The position numbers and the translations under genes are program-made. Shown here in pieces: positions 46,837 to 59,290 of a stretch of DNA of 64,000 nt. Within the stretch, counting starts at the first letter, position 1. Each line of letters opens with the position of its first letter. The notes under the pieces are model-generated. The model was given only the letters and a program-made list of their open reading frames with translations. It was not told the origin of the DNA and ran no database searches. The stretch covers positions 1,736,001-1,800,000 of the forward strand of contig OZ037842.1 in the NCBI GenBank assembly GCA_964035575.1, read 5' to 3'. The stretch comes from Rhynchopus sp. YZ270_cl-10 (lineage: Eukaryota).

Positions 46837-47985
46837 ATGCTTGGAAATCTATTTTGGGTCATCCATTGTAGGAATATTGCTCGTGTGTTGCATTGTCCAT
46901 TGATTGTCGACAATACACTAATATGTGTTGGGCTTGGGTTATCAGAACCATTATTTTAATGCTTGTTTTTGTTACGTTACGTTTGTTAATTTCGTTGTCT
47001 TTCAATCCCCGGAGTGAGAAACAAACGCAAATTTATTTATTGTTATGTTTTTTTTTTTTTGGCAACTCCGAAACGAGACAAGAAAGCTGGACAGTTTTCG
47101 TTTCTGAGCACGTTTTGAATTAGGAACATTAGTATTATTATACATACCATGAATCTCGTTAACCGCGTGTTGTGCACGCAATAGAACTCTTTGGCACAAG
47201 AACGAATTGTAACTTCAAGGATATAATGGATAGTGTTAGGGAAATGGTCCCCTCATACGACTGTGATCACTATGCAAACTAAAAAGCCCTGCTGTAGCTT
47301 TCACTGACAGAACAAAATGTTTACCCCCGCGCATTGTTTCTGTTGTGATGTTGTTACACATGTTGTGCATTTTTTTTTTGCATTTGGCGCTCTCCCTCGG
47401 CCTTAGATGGCTGCGGAAGACATCTAATGTGAGGTACGTTTCGATGTGCCTCACATATTTGTGTTGGTGTTCTGGTTGCAGAGAGTGTTCCTACCTTAAT
47501 AGTTAAATCGCTCCCTCTCATTGAAGATGTGTGTGCACGAAAGAGACACATTGCATCTTTCAAGTTTCTTCAGATCCAATTGGTTTACCAATCCTGCTCT
47601 GAAGCCTAGTCTATACTACCTCACCTGCTTTTTTATAACAAGAGAGCACAGCAGCAGTACAGGGCATGCTACCGGGTACGCTGGTGCTGTTGCTTGCTTT
47701 CCGTTTACTTTCTTGAATGTCTCTGGCATGAGGCAAATATTTCAAGTTGTTTTCTCTTTTATATTTTCAATCCTACACATCGGCATTTATGTGGCCTTTT
47801 TTCCTTTGTACCAGCAACCGAACGCCATATTGACAGCATTCAAGTGACGTTGTTGGCGCCATAGATGAGAGCGATAAAAGAAGCAACGTTTTCTTTCGTT
47901 TTGTCCCCACATCCCCACACCCTGCCCGTCCTTCGCATCACCACATCCACCCCAGCAGCTGTTTGTGTTGCAGTAGTGGAACACA

Positions 47986-48939
47986 ATGCGAAGTGCTGCG
48001 TTAGTATTTCTCTTGGCACATCTTCCTGTCGTTGTGCCACAAACGTGCAAAGGGAACGAGGAGGACACATGCCGGTCGCTTGCGTTCTGTACATGGCAAG
48101 AGGGGTGCAAGGTGTGGTGCCCATCCGTGACGGAGCAGAACTGCGCAACTGCCGGTGAAGAGAGCTGCATGTGGGTGGACGGGAAGTGCACCGACCACTG
48201 CAGCGTCCTGTCTGCAGCGCAGTGCGAAGCCAGCAACTTCTGTCTCTACGACGGTGTGAGGTGTTTGCACCCAACGACAGTCCCGCTGACACAGAGCCCA
48301 CCAACCGCAGTGCCGGAGACAGCACAGCCAACCACAGTGCCAGTTACTGTGTCACCAACCACAGCGCCGGAGACTCAGCTCCCGACAACAGCACAGCCAA
48401 CGACAGTGCCTGATACTCAGCTACCAACTACATCACTACCAACCACGGTGCCAGATACTGTGTCACCAACTGTAGTGCCAGACACGCAGCCACCGACAAC
48501 AGCACAGCCAACCACAGTGCCAGATACTCCGATACCAACCGCACCACTGCCTGACACCCAGCCGCCAACAGGCCTTCCGCAGACGTTGCTACCCGCCACG
48601 CAGCCACCAAGAACACCAGTACCCCCACCGGCACTCCCTACCCAAGAACCTGAGACTGCAAGCCCAGTGAGCGGCAGCCACAGCCTTGAGGGTGCGGAAG
48701 AAGAGGATGTGGACAACGACGTGAAGCTTGCGGTGGGGAGGGTGCTGATGTTTGTTTCTGCAGGGCTGCTTGTTGTGTTGGTGTTCACGGTTATGGGGTG
48801 CGTTCTGTACAGACGGAAGGAGGTGAGTAAACTGCCTCTGCAGGGCTTGAACAGTCTTAAGAAGGCAGGGCACGCGGCAGATACGTCTGTGGAAGACTTT
48901 TATGCTGGCGATTACAGGACGATGGATCACGTTCCTTGA
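47986..48939 (+). CDS. Type I membrane protein: Cys-repeats + mucin-like Pro/Thr stalk + TM
   Basis: Signal peptide, three CxxxxExxC...CxW repeats, (PTTVPDTQ)-like repeats, TM followed by YRRK. Confidence 0.8.
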   Translation: MRSAALVFLLAHLPVVVPQTCKGNEEDTCRSLAFCTWQEGCKVWCPSVTEQNCATAGEESCMWVDGKCTDHCSVLSAAQCEASNFCLYDGVRCLHPTTVPLTQSPPTAVPETAQPTTVPVTVSPTTAPETQLPTTAQPTTVPDTQLPTTSLPTTVPDTVSPTVVPDTQPPTTAQPTTVPDTPIPTAPLPDTQPPTGLPQTLLPATQPPRTPVPPPALPTQEPETASPVSGSHSLEGAEEEDVDNDVKLAVGRVLMFVSAGLLVVLVFTVMGCVLYRRKEVSKLPLQGLNSLKKAGHAADTSVEDFYAGDYRTMDHVP

Positions 48940-49391
48940 CACATGAATAAACACGATGAACAACCGATCCTGCGTGTACACTGAAACATGCATGATTTCC
49001 TATTGTTCCTACTGTATGCACTTTCCTGTGATATTGATCAGAGGCCCTGAAGCCTGGTTCACACTCACTATCTAGGTACGTTTTGAGGACTGCTTCATGT
49101 CCTGCACGAAGCAAGCAAGCCCAGTGCATCCTAAAAGTGCATTTCTTTTCTGTTTTGACTTATTTTCCGAGCATTTTGAGACAAGTGTCTTGACAGCTCT
49201 GTTGCGCAACATACACCAAGCAAAGGACAACATGGTTCCTTTTCTTGCGAAGCTTTTCCCCCATTTTCCAAGAGGGTCCTTCCAATAGAAGAGACCTCCC
49301 CTCCACCCCACAGCGAAAAAAAACAACGTCCACCATACTTTTGTCCCCTAAGCTCACAACCTACCATCCTGCCAGGCCACACAACGTTCGC

Positions 49392-51931
49392 ATGACGCGA
49401 TGCTGTCTGTTTAGAGTAGGCCTTTCGGTGTTGCTTCTGGCATGTCTACACAGCGCCGAAAGCGGGTCGGGGCTGACGGAGGAGGAGTACCAACGGATAT
49501 GGCAGAAGGCGGGTGGGAAGATGCCGGACGACAGCATCGAGATGCCACGCAGCAGAATGGCGCGTCCTGTTGACACGAAGCACAACCGTGCGGGGGTGGG
49601 AGCAAAGCAGAAGGTGACGATGCACACACCCACGAAGGAGGAGGAGGCAGAGGCGCTCAAGATCGAAGCCTGCCTCCAGGACCGCCTTGCCCTGGAGGAG
49701 CACTCCTACTACGACAGCATGCGCTGCTATGACCTGGCCATCTCGCACTACCCCCTCAATGCCACGTGGCACAAACGGCGCGGCACACTGCACTTCCTTG
49801 CAGACGCCCCGTCGCGTGCAGTCGAGGACTACAACAAGTCCGTCGCAATGCTCTTCTCTCTCGCACGCTACGGAACCAAGTCAGAGTCCATGCAGTCCGG
49901 CAGCGGGCTGGTCGACCTGTTGACGTTGTTCGAACGTCGCGACATCATCACTGCAGTCGAGATCGGGAAGCTTGCTGCAGTCAACGCCTCCTACCACCAT
50001 AGGCCTGAGGTGTGATTTGCCCCCTTTTTTGCGAACGTTTTGCGGTCAGTGTTTCAAGACGTAATAACAACCCCCACTCACAGGATGCTCTGAGTCTATA
50101 CTCTTGGCTGCTCAGCTCGCACAGGGCTGACGAGGATGTGGTGGTGCTATGGGGTGCTGTGCAGCACATTGCGAGCTATGTATGTACCACCACGTCTTCT
50201 CTTCTTTCACCCACTCACCACTCACCACTCAACTCACAGGGCATGTGGCACAAAGCGCCTCTGTTTCTGCAAAAGCTCTCTGCCGCTGTTCCCGAGTACG
50301 CAGCAATGTCACGCATGTTGTTTGCCTTCAGGGTGCTAGTGGAGTCTGCAGATCTTGTGGGCCAACGTCTGCTCCGAACGAATGCAAATGCGACAGGCGA
50401 TGCGCTAGCCGCAGGGCGCGACCAGCTGAGAGAGACCTGCGGGCGAGAGGACCTTCCACACAAACTCGCGCGCTACACACGGCAAGATGTCGTAGGGCTC
50501 TCAGGTGACTGCTTTCTGCACAACGTCAAGAACAATGCTGGGTTTGCACGAGCCGCTCTGGAGGACAAAGTGCGCCTGGAGAAGGAGATGGTCGGCTCCA
50601 TGCAGGAGACGCCGCTGCACATGTTAGCGTCGTTGGCCGGCACGTCTTCCCTTCTTAGGGAGGTAGTGAAGCTTGGAGTCGGTGTGCACAGGACGAACCG
50701 TTTCGGGCAGTCCCCTCTTCACGTTGCGCTGAGCATGGGAAACTTCGCAGCTGCGCAGGTCCTCCTGAAGGAGGGTGCAGCACTGCAGGCGAAAGACTTC
50801 AAGCAGCGGACGCCCGTCGAAGCTGCGTGTGCACAGGGCTCTTGGATCGACCGTGCGCAGGTGGCTTCCCTCGTGGGTGAGGACGTAGCGGAAGACATAT
50901 GCGAACTCGACGAAGACGTCGACGTCGTATCGCAGTCGTCCTCCAAGCCACGTAAGGACCACGGTGGCTGGGCAGGTGCCTCGGGTGCTGCTGACAGCGT
51001 CGAACAGCTACTCACGCAGGTGGCCTCACATCCGCAGATGCTACCGGGGATGAAGAAACATAACCGCAACACTCAAATCGACATCATCGACGCATCTTCT
51101 GTCGAGGCGCTCACAGTTGCGTCCTTCATGACAACGTCTCGACCCGTCCTCATCAGGGGCGGTGTGGGGCACAAGGTGGCCGCACAGTTCTCACGCAAAC
51201 AGTTTACAAAGCGCAACCTTCACGGACGTGTCGAGCTGTTTCCCTATGCTGAGCACAGCGGTGCTGGTGTAGGCACGGTGTCCACCTTTGAAGACTTCTG
51301 CAGCAGTGCCACGGAGCAGCACCCACGCACGTTCACAGAGAAGGTTCCCGTGAGTGATGTGACGCGCAGCTCCGATGTGAGGCACACTGCGCAGAAGCAT
51401 CCACTTAAGAAGCTTTCAAGCTCGTTGGGAACACTTGGCGGGAAAAGCGGGAAGCTTGCGAAGGAAGACCAGCACCTGTCCTTTGGGAAGCGCGGCAGTG
51501 GCTTCCAAGCGTCCGTCAGGTCAGATGCTGTGGCACACACGCTGCCGTACGGTCTCATGAGGTGGTTTCTGTTCCCTCCGCCACACGCCTTCGTGTCTCG
51601 CGAGCACCCGCTTGAGACTGTTGCCAACAACATTGAGCAGTGGCGCCAGCAGGTCACGTCGCACACAGGTATGTGAGGAGCAGTTGTCAAGTGACGTGCC
51701 ACACAAAACCTTCCACAGGACGTGCCGTGCTTGAATGCGAGCAGCGCCCAGGAGAGGTGCTTGTGGTCCCACCACAGTGGGGTATGTTCTGTCACAAAAA
51801 TACACAAAACACGAAACCAAACTGTTGCAGGTTCCGTAGGCATTCGGATGCGCGAATCCATTTCGATGTGGCGCAAGCTGAGTGCTGAAGAGATCCTCCC
51901 GCAGACAACAGACCAAGAAGGCGAGTTGTGA
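49392..51931 (+). CDS. Secretory TPR + ankyrin + degenerate JmjC/cupin protein (exons 49392-50009, 50084-50179, 50240-51668, 51719-51781, 51831-51931)
   Basis: Signal peptide. TPR CYDLAISHYPLNATWHKRRG..AVEDYNK. Ankyrin ETPLH / GQSPLHVA / RTPV. JmjC RPVLIRG...GLMRWFLFPP...ECEQRPGEVLVVPPQW. Ends EGEL. Confidence 0.8.
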
Positions 51932-52539
51932 GTGTTCAACTCAGAATTGCACGACATAAATTCGTGGTTACGGGTGGCGTCTATTTCAAAGGGATTACAC
52001 ACGAGAGGCAGAGGTTCATCTTTATTCACTTTTCATTTCTTTGAAATGAAAATCTCTAAGCCAACGCTTCATGGATGGGGTGTGCCGTTCTGTAAGCACC
52101 CTTACGTATGGACAGCACTTTGTCTTTGACAATGGCGTTTTTGTCGATATGAACATTCTTGTTTCCTCTCCGTAGCGTTTCTTCTCTACACTCTTAGCCT
52201 TTGACAAAGGCAAGAAAATGTTATACCAACCGGAGACTGCCCAGTGGCTACACTCCTATCCCACAGCAATTTTTCAACAGAAAACAATTCATGATTCATA
52301 TGCCATAATATGGCATTGTTTATTGCAAGCGGCAATATGCGTTTGCCGTTTTTGCAAAGTGTTTCGCTTCAAGTTTCGCACAAACGTACCGAGTAACAAT
52401 TCCCCTATGTTCTTCCCCAGAACTTTGCGTGTTTGTGTTACCCAAGAAATGTACTCAACAATGTTCTCTTTAGTCCCTCTCCTCCCACGCACATCACTTA
52501 ACGCCTCGCCTATCCAGAAAGTTAAGGAAGGGGTGTAAA

Positions 52540-53370
52540 ATGGCAGAGCCGACACCCGAAGTGACGGACACCACCACGGCGCCCCCTGAGCCCACCCCTA
52601 CTGCTTCGGAGGCAGAGAAGCAGTACGGGTCCAGCTCGTACCACTACTGGCATGCGCACGGAAAGGAACGTGAGGCTCTTGGCGACGTGGCACCCATGCC
52701 CCAAGCACGGCTCGTGGCCACAGAGGCGCCAGCTGAAAAGAGTCGGCGCGTTGTTGCCATCTCGAAGTACTCTTGGTCAGACGGGAAGAAGATCGTTTCG
52801 TATGTGCTCTTCCTCTCCTGCCCAACGCATTACACCACACAGTGTTTACATAGACTTGAAGGGGATTGGCGCACTTCAAGACAAGGTGACGGTGTCGAAC
52901 AAAAAGAGAAGGTATGCAATGTTGGCATCAATAGCATTTGTGCATGAATATCCATAATCCGTAGCCGTTTTCACAAAAAAGACGCATTCATCTATGACGC
53001 TTTTTCTTTTCATATGAGGGGTCAACACTCACTGCGACGACGTTCAAAACACACCACAGCGTGACCTTGAAAGTGGAGCACGACGAACATGACGAGGTGT
53101 TGAAGCTCGTCAGACTGAACCAAGTCATCTCCGGCACGTCACTCAAGTTCAAGGACGACCAACTCGTTCTGAAGCTGAGCAAGGCCGAAGAGAACAAATG
53201 GTATGTACCAACCTACTCAAACGAGCGGCCCCTCAAGGTCTACTGTGATGTGAGCACCTTTATTGTACTTAGGAATGAGTCAAAAACTGATATTCCAACA
53301 CCCGACAAACAGGTACGACCTTCAGAAGACGACTATGCGTGGCGCAACGGGGTCTGACTCAGATGAATGA
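52540..53370 (+). CDS. CS (p23/SGT1/CacyBP-like) domain protein (exons 52540-52799, 52843-52911, 53060-53200, 53313-53370)
   Basis: ISKYSWSDGKKIVSVYIDL...LVLKLSKAEENKWYDL after in-frame splicing. Confidence 0.78.
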
Positions 53371-53675
53371 TCTGTGTCAACCTGGCTACCAAGCGTATAG
53401 GTGTGAAGGCAGGTTACATGGGAGAACCTTTTCGAATGTTACGTTGTGAAAGAAGTACCGAGAGGTCTGAGCAAGGTAACAAGAAGAGCAAAAAAGAACG
53501 CACAAAAATAAGAATTTAAAAAAAAACCTGGAGACGATCGCAGAGTGGCAGAAATTCTGTCTTCGGGGCAGTACGGATACTTTTCAACGAATTGAAAAAT
53601 AACAACATAACTAAATATAAGTGACACAGCAAGGAGGCCTATCTTCTCTTCTCTTCGTTGCGTTTTTTTTTTATA

Positions 53676-53780
53676 TACGCACACTACTTTGTGAGCGGAA
53701 AGTGTCGTGTCGTTCACTCACCCAAGCGTCAACGCATCAAACAACTACAAGAAGGGGTGAGGGAACGACAACAGTGACAC
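53676..53780. repeat. Dispersed hairpin-forming repeat, copy B (short form)
   Basis: Homologous to 27042-27198 but lacks ~48 nt of the loop. Preceded by a T-tract. Confidence 0.85.
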
Positions 53781-53911
53781 CCTTATTTTTTTTTTGATGC
53801 CGACGAACAGGCATAATCGAGCATCTCTCCCATTCTCCTTGCTACTACCTTGCCTCTTCGTTCTTCCCCTTCACATCACGTACTCAGCATACACGGCAAG
53901 GTTTCTTAACG

Positions 53912-55226
53912 ATGCAGATGCTGAAAGGCTTTGGTGCTGCAGTGAAGCGTGGTAAACACCAAGCACTGCAACGTGTCGGGCTCTGCGAAGAAACAAAGGA
54001 CGAAGAGTACGACGAATCACGTGAACGTGTCAAACAATGCAAAGCGATGTTCAAAGGCCTTGAACGGCAGGTCAAAACCCTCGAAGCTAATGTGAGTGCG
54101 CTGAACAGCACGTTTGGAGGCATTGTCACTTCCTTTGGCGAGTTTGGCCATATGTTAGACCCTGAAGGGGAAGTGAAAGAGTTTGCCGACATCATGGAGA
54201 CCGCTGTTAAGAACATGACTGAGCAGACACAGATGTTTGCAGAAACGGTGACAAGCAACTCACTGGAGATTGTCCGCACTGCACAGCAGGTTCTCGAAGA
54301 GAGCGAAGCGGCGCATAAGCAGGTCCGAGAGTCGCAGATCGACATGGACGCACTCAAGCACGATGTGCGCATCCTTCGTGACTCCATCTCGGACACAAAG
54401 CTTTCATCTTCAAAGGCAGAGAAGGCCAAGGCACAGCTCATCTCTCTCGAGACCAATCTCGAGTCGCACATCTCAACACACAACACAATAACACGCACCT
54501 CTAAAAAGGAAATGGCTGTTGCTACCTCAGACGCGTCTGCGTCGCTGTGGTCCATCTACAGCATCCTCTTTACGCAGACGGAACAGCATTTCAAGGATTT
54601 GAGCGAAGACATGGGGCTGCTTTCGAATGCTCTCACTTCAGTCAAAAATTCTGGTCTCGAGAAGATAAAAGAACAGAGGTATGCAGTGCTACCCTTCCCA
54701 TATGTCACCACTTTACAATCCCTTTGCAGATCGCCTTTGATGCTGAGGAAGTCTTCCAGCTACATATTCACACCTCCACGCGACCCCGCATTTGCTTCAC
54801 CTGTGGCAAAGTCGCAGGAGAGCTTCCAATCCCCACCCAATTCAAACGTGCCGGTATGTAAAGCCATCAGAGAGTGAGACCTGCGCTTTTTTTGGTCCAT
54901 TTTTTTGGATATTTTTTTCACCTTTTGAAGTTGTTTATCTTTCTTAAGGGCGAGGTGTCAATATCACGATTCAAATGTATCAATGCCTTCAAACATCACA
55001 GGTGACTTCAGCAGAGGCAGAGTTGTGCATAAAGTCCATGAACCTCGCCACACCCTCACCACTCATTAAAGGGGAGACATCGGCGAAAGCAGGTACTGGT
55101 TTCAAGGCTTCTCCCATAGGAGAAATATTCGGCGAGACACCCCACACTCTGGACGGAAGCGGATGGCAGCCTTCGTTTGAAGACCACTCAAACGACGTGG
55201 ATGAGAAGTGGGCGGATTTCAGCTAA
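53912..55226 (+). CDS. BAR-domain-like coiled-coil protein (exons 53912-54678, 54730-54853, 55002-55226)
   Basis: AVKRGKHQALQRVGLCEETKDEEYDE resembles the amphiphysin/Rvs N-BAR start. Long helical region, low-complexity tail ending WADFS. Confidence 0.68.
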
Positions 55227-56398
55227 TATACACACTGTTGTGGTTAGCTTCATGCAGACATGATACAGGCAATATGTGTTTTCCATTTTATTACTTTCCC
55301 TCCCTTAGAAACGGCAATAGGAGAACCATGTAAAACCTCGTTATTTAGACATTTTCCCTTTTTTCGTGTTGCACGTTTCACCCATGGTGTTTATTTCCGG
55401 AAAATAATATTTTTCGTTTTGTGTATGGTTTTCTGATTGTCTTTTTGCAACTTGCATGGTTTTGCGCTGCTGAGTTGTTTTTAAATGTTTTTTATATAGA
55501 TCTCACCTGCATTTTGAATGATACTCGTTCCCGAAGCTGGCTGTCAGATTGAGTTCCTCCCTTATTGTAACGAACAAATCCATGAAGGTGGCCATTACGT
55601 TTACCTTTACTTTGTGTGCCGTCATCTGTTTAGATCTGCACTGTCAACTACCTTTTATTACGACCGAGCATTTACGTTTCGACCACTCTTTTATTACCTT
55701 TCATGGTAGACCTTTTTCCTCGCGTCTGCGAGTGTCGTGACTTTTTTCCAACTTACTTTTCCCTTCAAATTTGATACCATCGGATTCCGTCCTTCGGTGT
55801 GGGATTTCTGCTCAAAAAGGCAGTGGGTTTGCGAAAGCCATGTCACACTGGTGGCATTCATCTTGTCCTCGTCAGGTCTCAAGTGGATGCTCTCTGTGGC
55901 TTGCGTTCTTTTGGGGTTGTGTTTCGTCGCCGATCGTGACGGAGAGAGTTTTCACCCTCCCCTAACTAAACCTGACTAAATTCTTTAGCAAGCATGTTTT
56001 TGTCTCATTGGTCAGAATCTTCGGATTATTCACAGTTACTTATCTCTAGAGGTCTTGATCGTTGTCACGATTATTTGTGCGACCAGTTGTGTAAAGAGAG
56101 CAAGTTCTGCCTTTTATTAACGTAACAGATACAAAAATAAAGCAAGCGCGATGCCATGCCTCCACCGTCGTGGAAACACGCTTCACGGCTGCATGCGATT
56201 GCAGCGTTAAATAAGCAAAGAACGCTTTCTTCACTTTCTTTTGATGTGGAATTCTGTTGTTTGTACCAACGGCAATATGGGGTGTTGTTCGTCAATATAA
56301 AAATTCTTGTTTCGATGCAAGGTTTGCGAAGATTAGACACGTGGAAGCCTAGTGGCAAAGTATTCCTCAAAACGAGAACGATGCAGCTTCAGTGGGAC

Positions 56399-56931
56399 TA
56401 GGGCTATTTCTAAATATGGGTCCGGGAGGTCAAAAATCCAAAATGGACGCATTTTTTTGTACTTTGTACAGTGCCAAAAAGGTCTGTATTTGCGTTTCTG
56501 GAATCCGTGCTTGTGCCGAAATGGACAAGTTCTTGGTTTTGGTCAAAATGATTAAAATGAGTTCCCGGCCGAGCGAAAACATAGAGGGGACAGAGTACCC
56601 ATAAGGAACAAGAAAAGGGTGAAAATGGGTCAAGGGTACGCCGTAGGCGGAACTTTTTAGAATGTCAGACACTTTTTTTGGGGCAGACCCAGTACCCAGT
56701 ACCCAGTCCCAGGTGATACTGAAGGTCCCGCGTGATGTTAGCGTAGAGAACAAACAAGTTTTCAAAAACCCCCTCATATCGCCCCGGCACGCGGCCTGGT
56801 GCGCCCAATATGTTTTTGAACACATCCTTGGTAAGTACCTCGGCTTAGGCGCAAATTTTTGTCCATTCACAACGCTTTTTTTTGTCCACTTTTATTTTTT
56901 TTTCAGGGACGGAGTTTTAGAAATAGCCCTG
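56399..56931. mobile_element. Second hAT-like MITE, ~533 bp
   Basis: TIR (T)AGGGCTATTTCTAAA / TTTAGAAATAGCCCT(G). Subterminal AATGGAC (left) vs GTCCATT/GTCCACT (right). No clear TSD. Confidence 0.65.
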
Positions 56932-57090
56932 TTCGGGGCGTTGAAAAAATATATTTATATCCGTCGACTAATCTGAGCACCATCTTCTGTCTTCCTTCAG
57001 ATGTGCCAGTGAAACCCGTTCGCATTTCAAGTTTTCTTTTTCATTTTTTTAAACGCCAGCCTTTTATTGATTGGGAAAACTTCCCTCTGG

Positions 57091-57234
57091 TGGTGTTACC
57101 GATCTGCTGTCGGGGACATGTCAACGACATGTCAAGGACATGTCAATATAGGGGGGGTGTGTCATTTTCCCCTGTAAACCTTGTGTCAAGGACATGTCAA
57201 GGACCTGTCAATATGGGCCCTTTCGGGAACACCA
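57091..57234. mobile_element. Short TG...CA non-autonomous element, copy 3 (144 bp), 5-bp TSD TCTGG
   Basis: Same termini. TCTGG at 57086-57090 and 57235-57239. Identical to copy 2 apart from one extra 11-bp unit. Confidence 0.92.
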
Positions 57235-57373
57235 TCTGGGGAACGTTTTTATATTTTTCTCAGGCTTGAGATAAGTAACAAGAAATCTACTATTGGTTTT
57301 TGTGCCACCCCGTCACCCACCACACAACCAACCCTACACACCCAGAAAACAAAAGAAAAACCAAAAAGCCAAA

Positions 57374-59290
57374 ATGAAGCAGGCGCTCGCTTTGGCAGCG
57401 TCGCTCCTCTGCCTCACTGTGCGGTATGTAACAGACCTGTGTGGGTGCGCGGGTGCGGGTCCTCTACGTAACAATGTTAGAGCATTCCACACTTTCGTCA
57501 CAAAGGCGCTGCCTAGCTAACGAGGCTGCTTTAGTCAAACACTGCACACATCACACATCACTACATAAATTACAGGGCAGAGGACGAAGCGGTTCTGGTT
57601 GCCACCGACGCGAACTGGGCCGACCTTGTCGCAAAGGAAGAGCTGATCCTTGTTGAGTTCTACGCACCCTGGTGTGGTCACTGCAAGAGCCTCGCACCGA
57701 AGTACGAGGAGGCTGCCAAGATCCTTGCCGAGTTGGACAAGCCGATCAGACTCGCAAAGGTCGACGCAACTGAGGAGAAGAAGGTTGCGGGCGCTGCAGG
57801 CGTGTCTGGCTACCCTTCTATGAAGATCTACCGCAACGGCGATATGTCCGACTACGACGGAGGCAGAGAAACCGACGACATCGTCAAGTACATGCAGGAA
57901 CAGGTACACACCTTTTAGCGTATCTTTTACAGATGTGTGAGACATACGCCAAGTATTTTTACTTTACTCCCACCCACAGCGGCAGCCTGCCTCCACCGAG
58001 ATTACCAACTCGAAGGACCTGAAGGACAAGCTGAACAAGAAGACGCTTGACGAGGTCGTCGTTGTGGGGTACTTCAGCAGCGCCACCAGCGTCGACTACA
58101 AGCTCTTCATGGTTGTCGCCAACAAGTTCAGGTATGGTCTCCACTCAAAGGTCAGCTTCACTTTTCCTTTCTTTTTGCAGAGGCAAGTTCTCGTTCTTCC
58201 ACGTGCAGGCCCCTGCAGTGCTTGAGGGTGTCGGCTTCTACGGAAGCACCAGCGCCATTGGCATGTACCGCCCCTGGGGAGGCAAGCACTTCAAGAAGAT
58301 GTACGCCGGCGCGATCTACAAGCAGGCCCTCATTGACTTCGTGCAGGACAACTGCCTCCCCGTTGTGGGCTACGTCCCTGAGGACAAGATGGAGTACCTG
58401 GCGGCGAAGAACAAGCCGATCCTGAAGGTCTTCGTCGCAAACGAGAAGGTTGCGGACCTGGAGAAGGCCATTGTGAAAGAGCTGGCCCCCATTGAGAAGA
58501 AGCACGGCAAGAAGCTTTTGTTCGCCATTCTCGACTGTATGTACCCCACGCCCCACGCACACACAACCACCACCACATCTCACAGCTGGCGCGGGCCAGT
58601 TCGGCTTCGAGGACGCAGACCTGCAGGACGGTCGGGCAATTGTGATTGATGACAAGAAGGACTACGTGTACGACGCGTCCCAGGGCACCGTCGCAGAGTG
58701 GGTTGAGAAGTACTTCAAGAAGCAGGCCGCACCGTGGGTGAAGTCTGAGGCGGCCGCACCCAAGGCAGAGGCAGGCGAGGTGCAGGTTGTCGTGGGGAAG
58801 ACCTTCGACGAGATTGTCATGGACAAGACAAAGGACGTCTTCATCGAGTTCTACGCACCCTGGTGTGGCCACTGCAAGAGCCTCGAGCCCAAGTACAAGG
58901 AGCTGGCGGAGGAGCTCAAGGGATTCAAGAACGTATGTAGCTCTGAGATTTTGTCAAACATCATCTTACCTTTGTCGCTCACTTACCTTTGTCGCTCAAA
59001 GACACTTTAAACAAACCACCAAATAGATTGTCATCGCTAAGATGGACGCCACCGCGAACGACGTGTCTAACAACAAGTACAAGGCGTCTGGTTTCCCCAC
59101 GATGATGTACGCAACCACGAACGCGAAGGAGAACCCGATCTCGTACGACGGTGGGAGAGAGGTCGAGGACATGGCGAAGTTCATCAAGGAGAAGGCGACT
59201 GTGTCGCTCGAGGTTTGTGCTCCCCCCCCTTGCTCCCCCCGTCCTCCCCACCTTTTGAAAGCAATCTCACAACAACAGGAGGAGCTGTGA
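57374..59290 (+). CDS. PDI: Protein disulfide-isomerase (a-b-b'-a'), multi-exon
   Basis: Signal peptide MKQALALAASLLCLTV. Two EFYAPWCGHCKSL active sites (~57655 and ~58846), AKVDAT / AKMDATAND, GYPS / GFPT. Spliced C-terminus EEEL. Confidence 0.95.
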
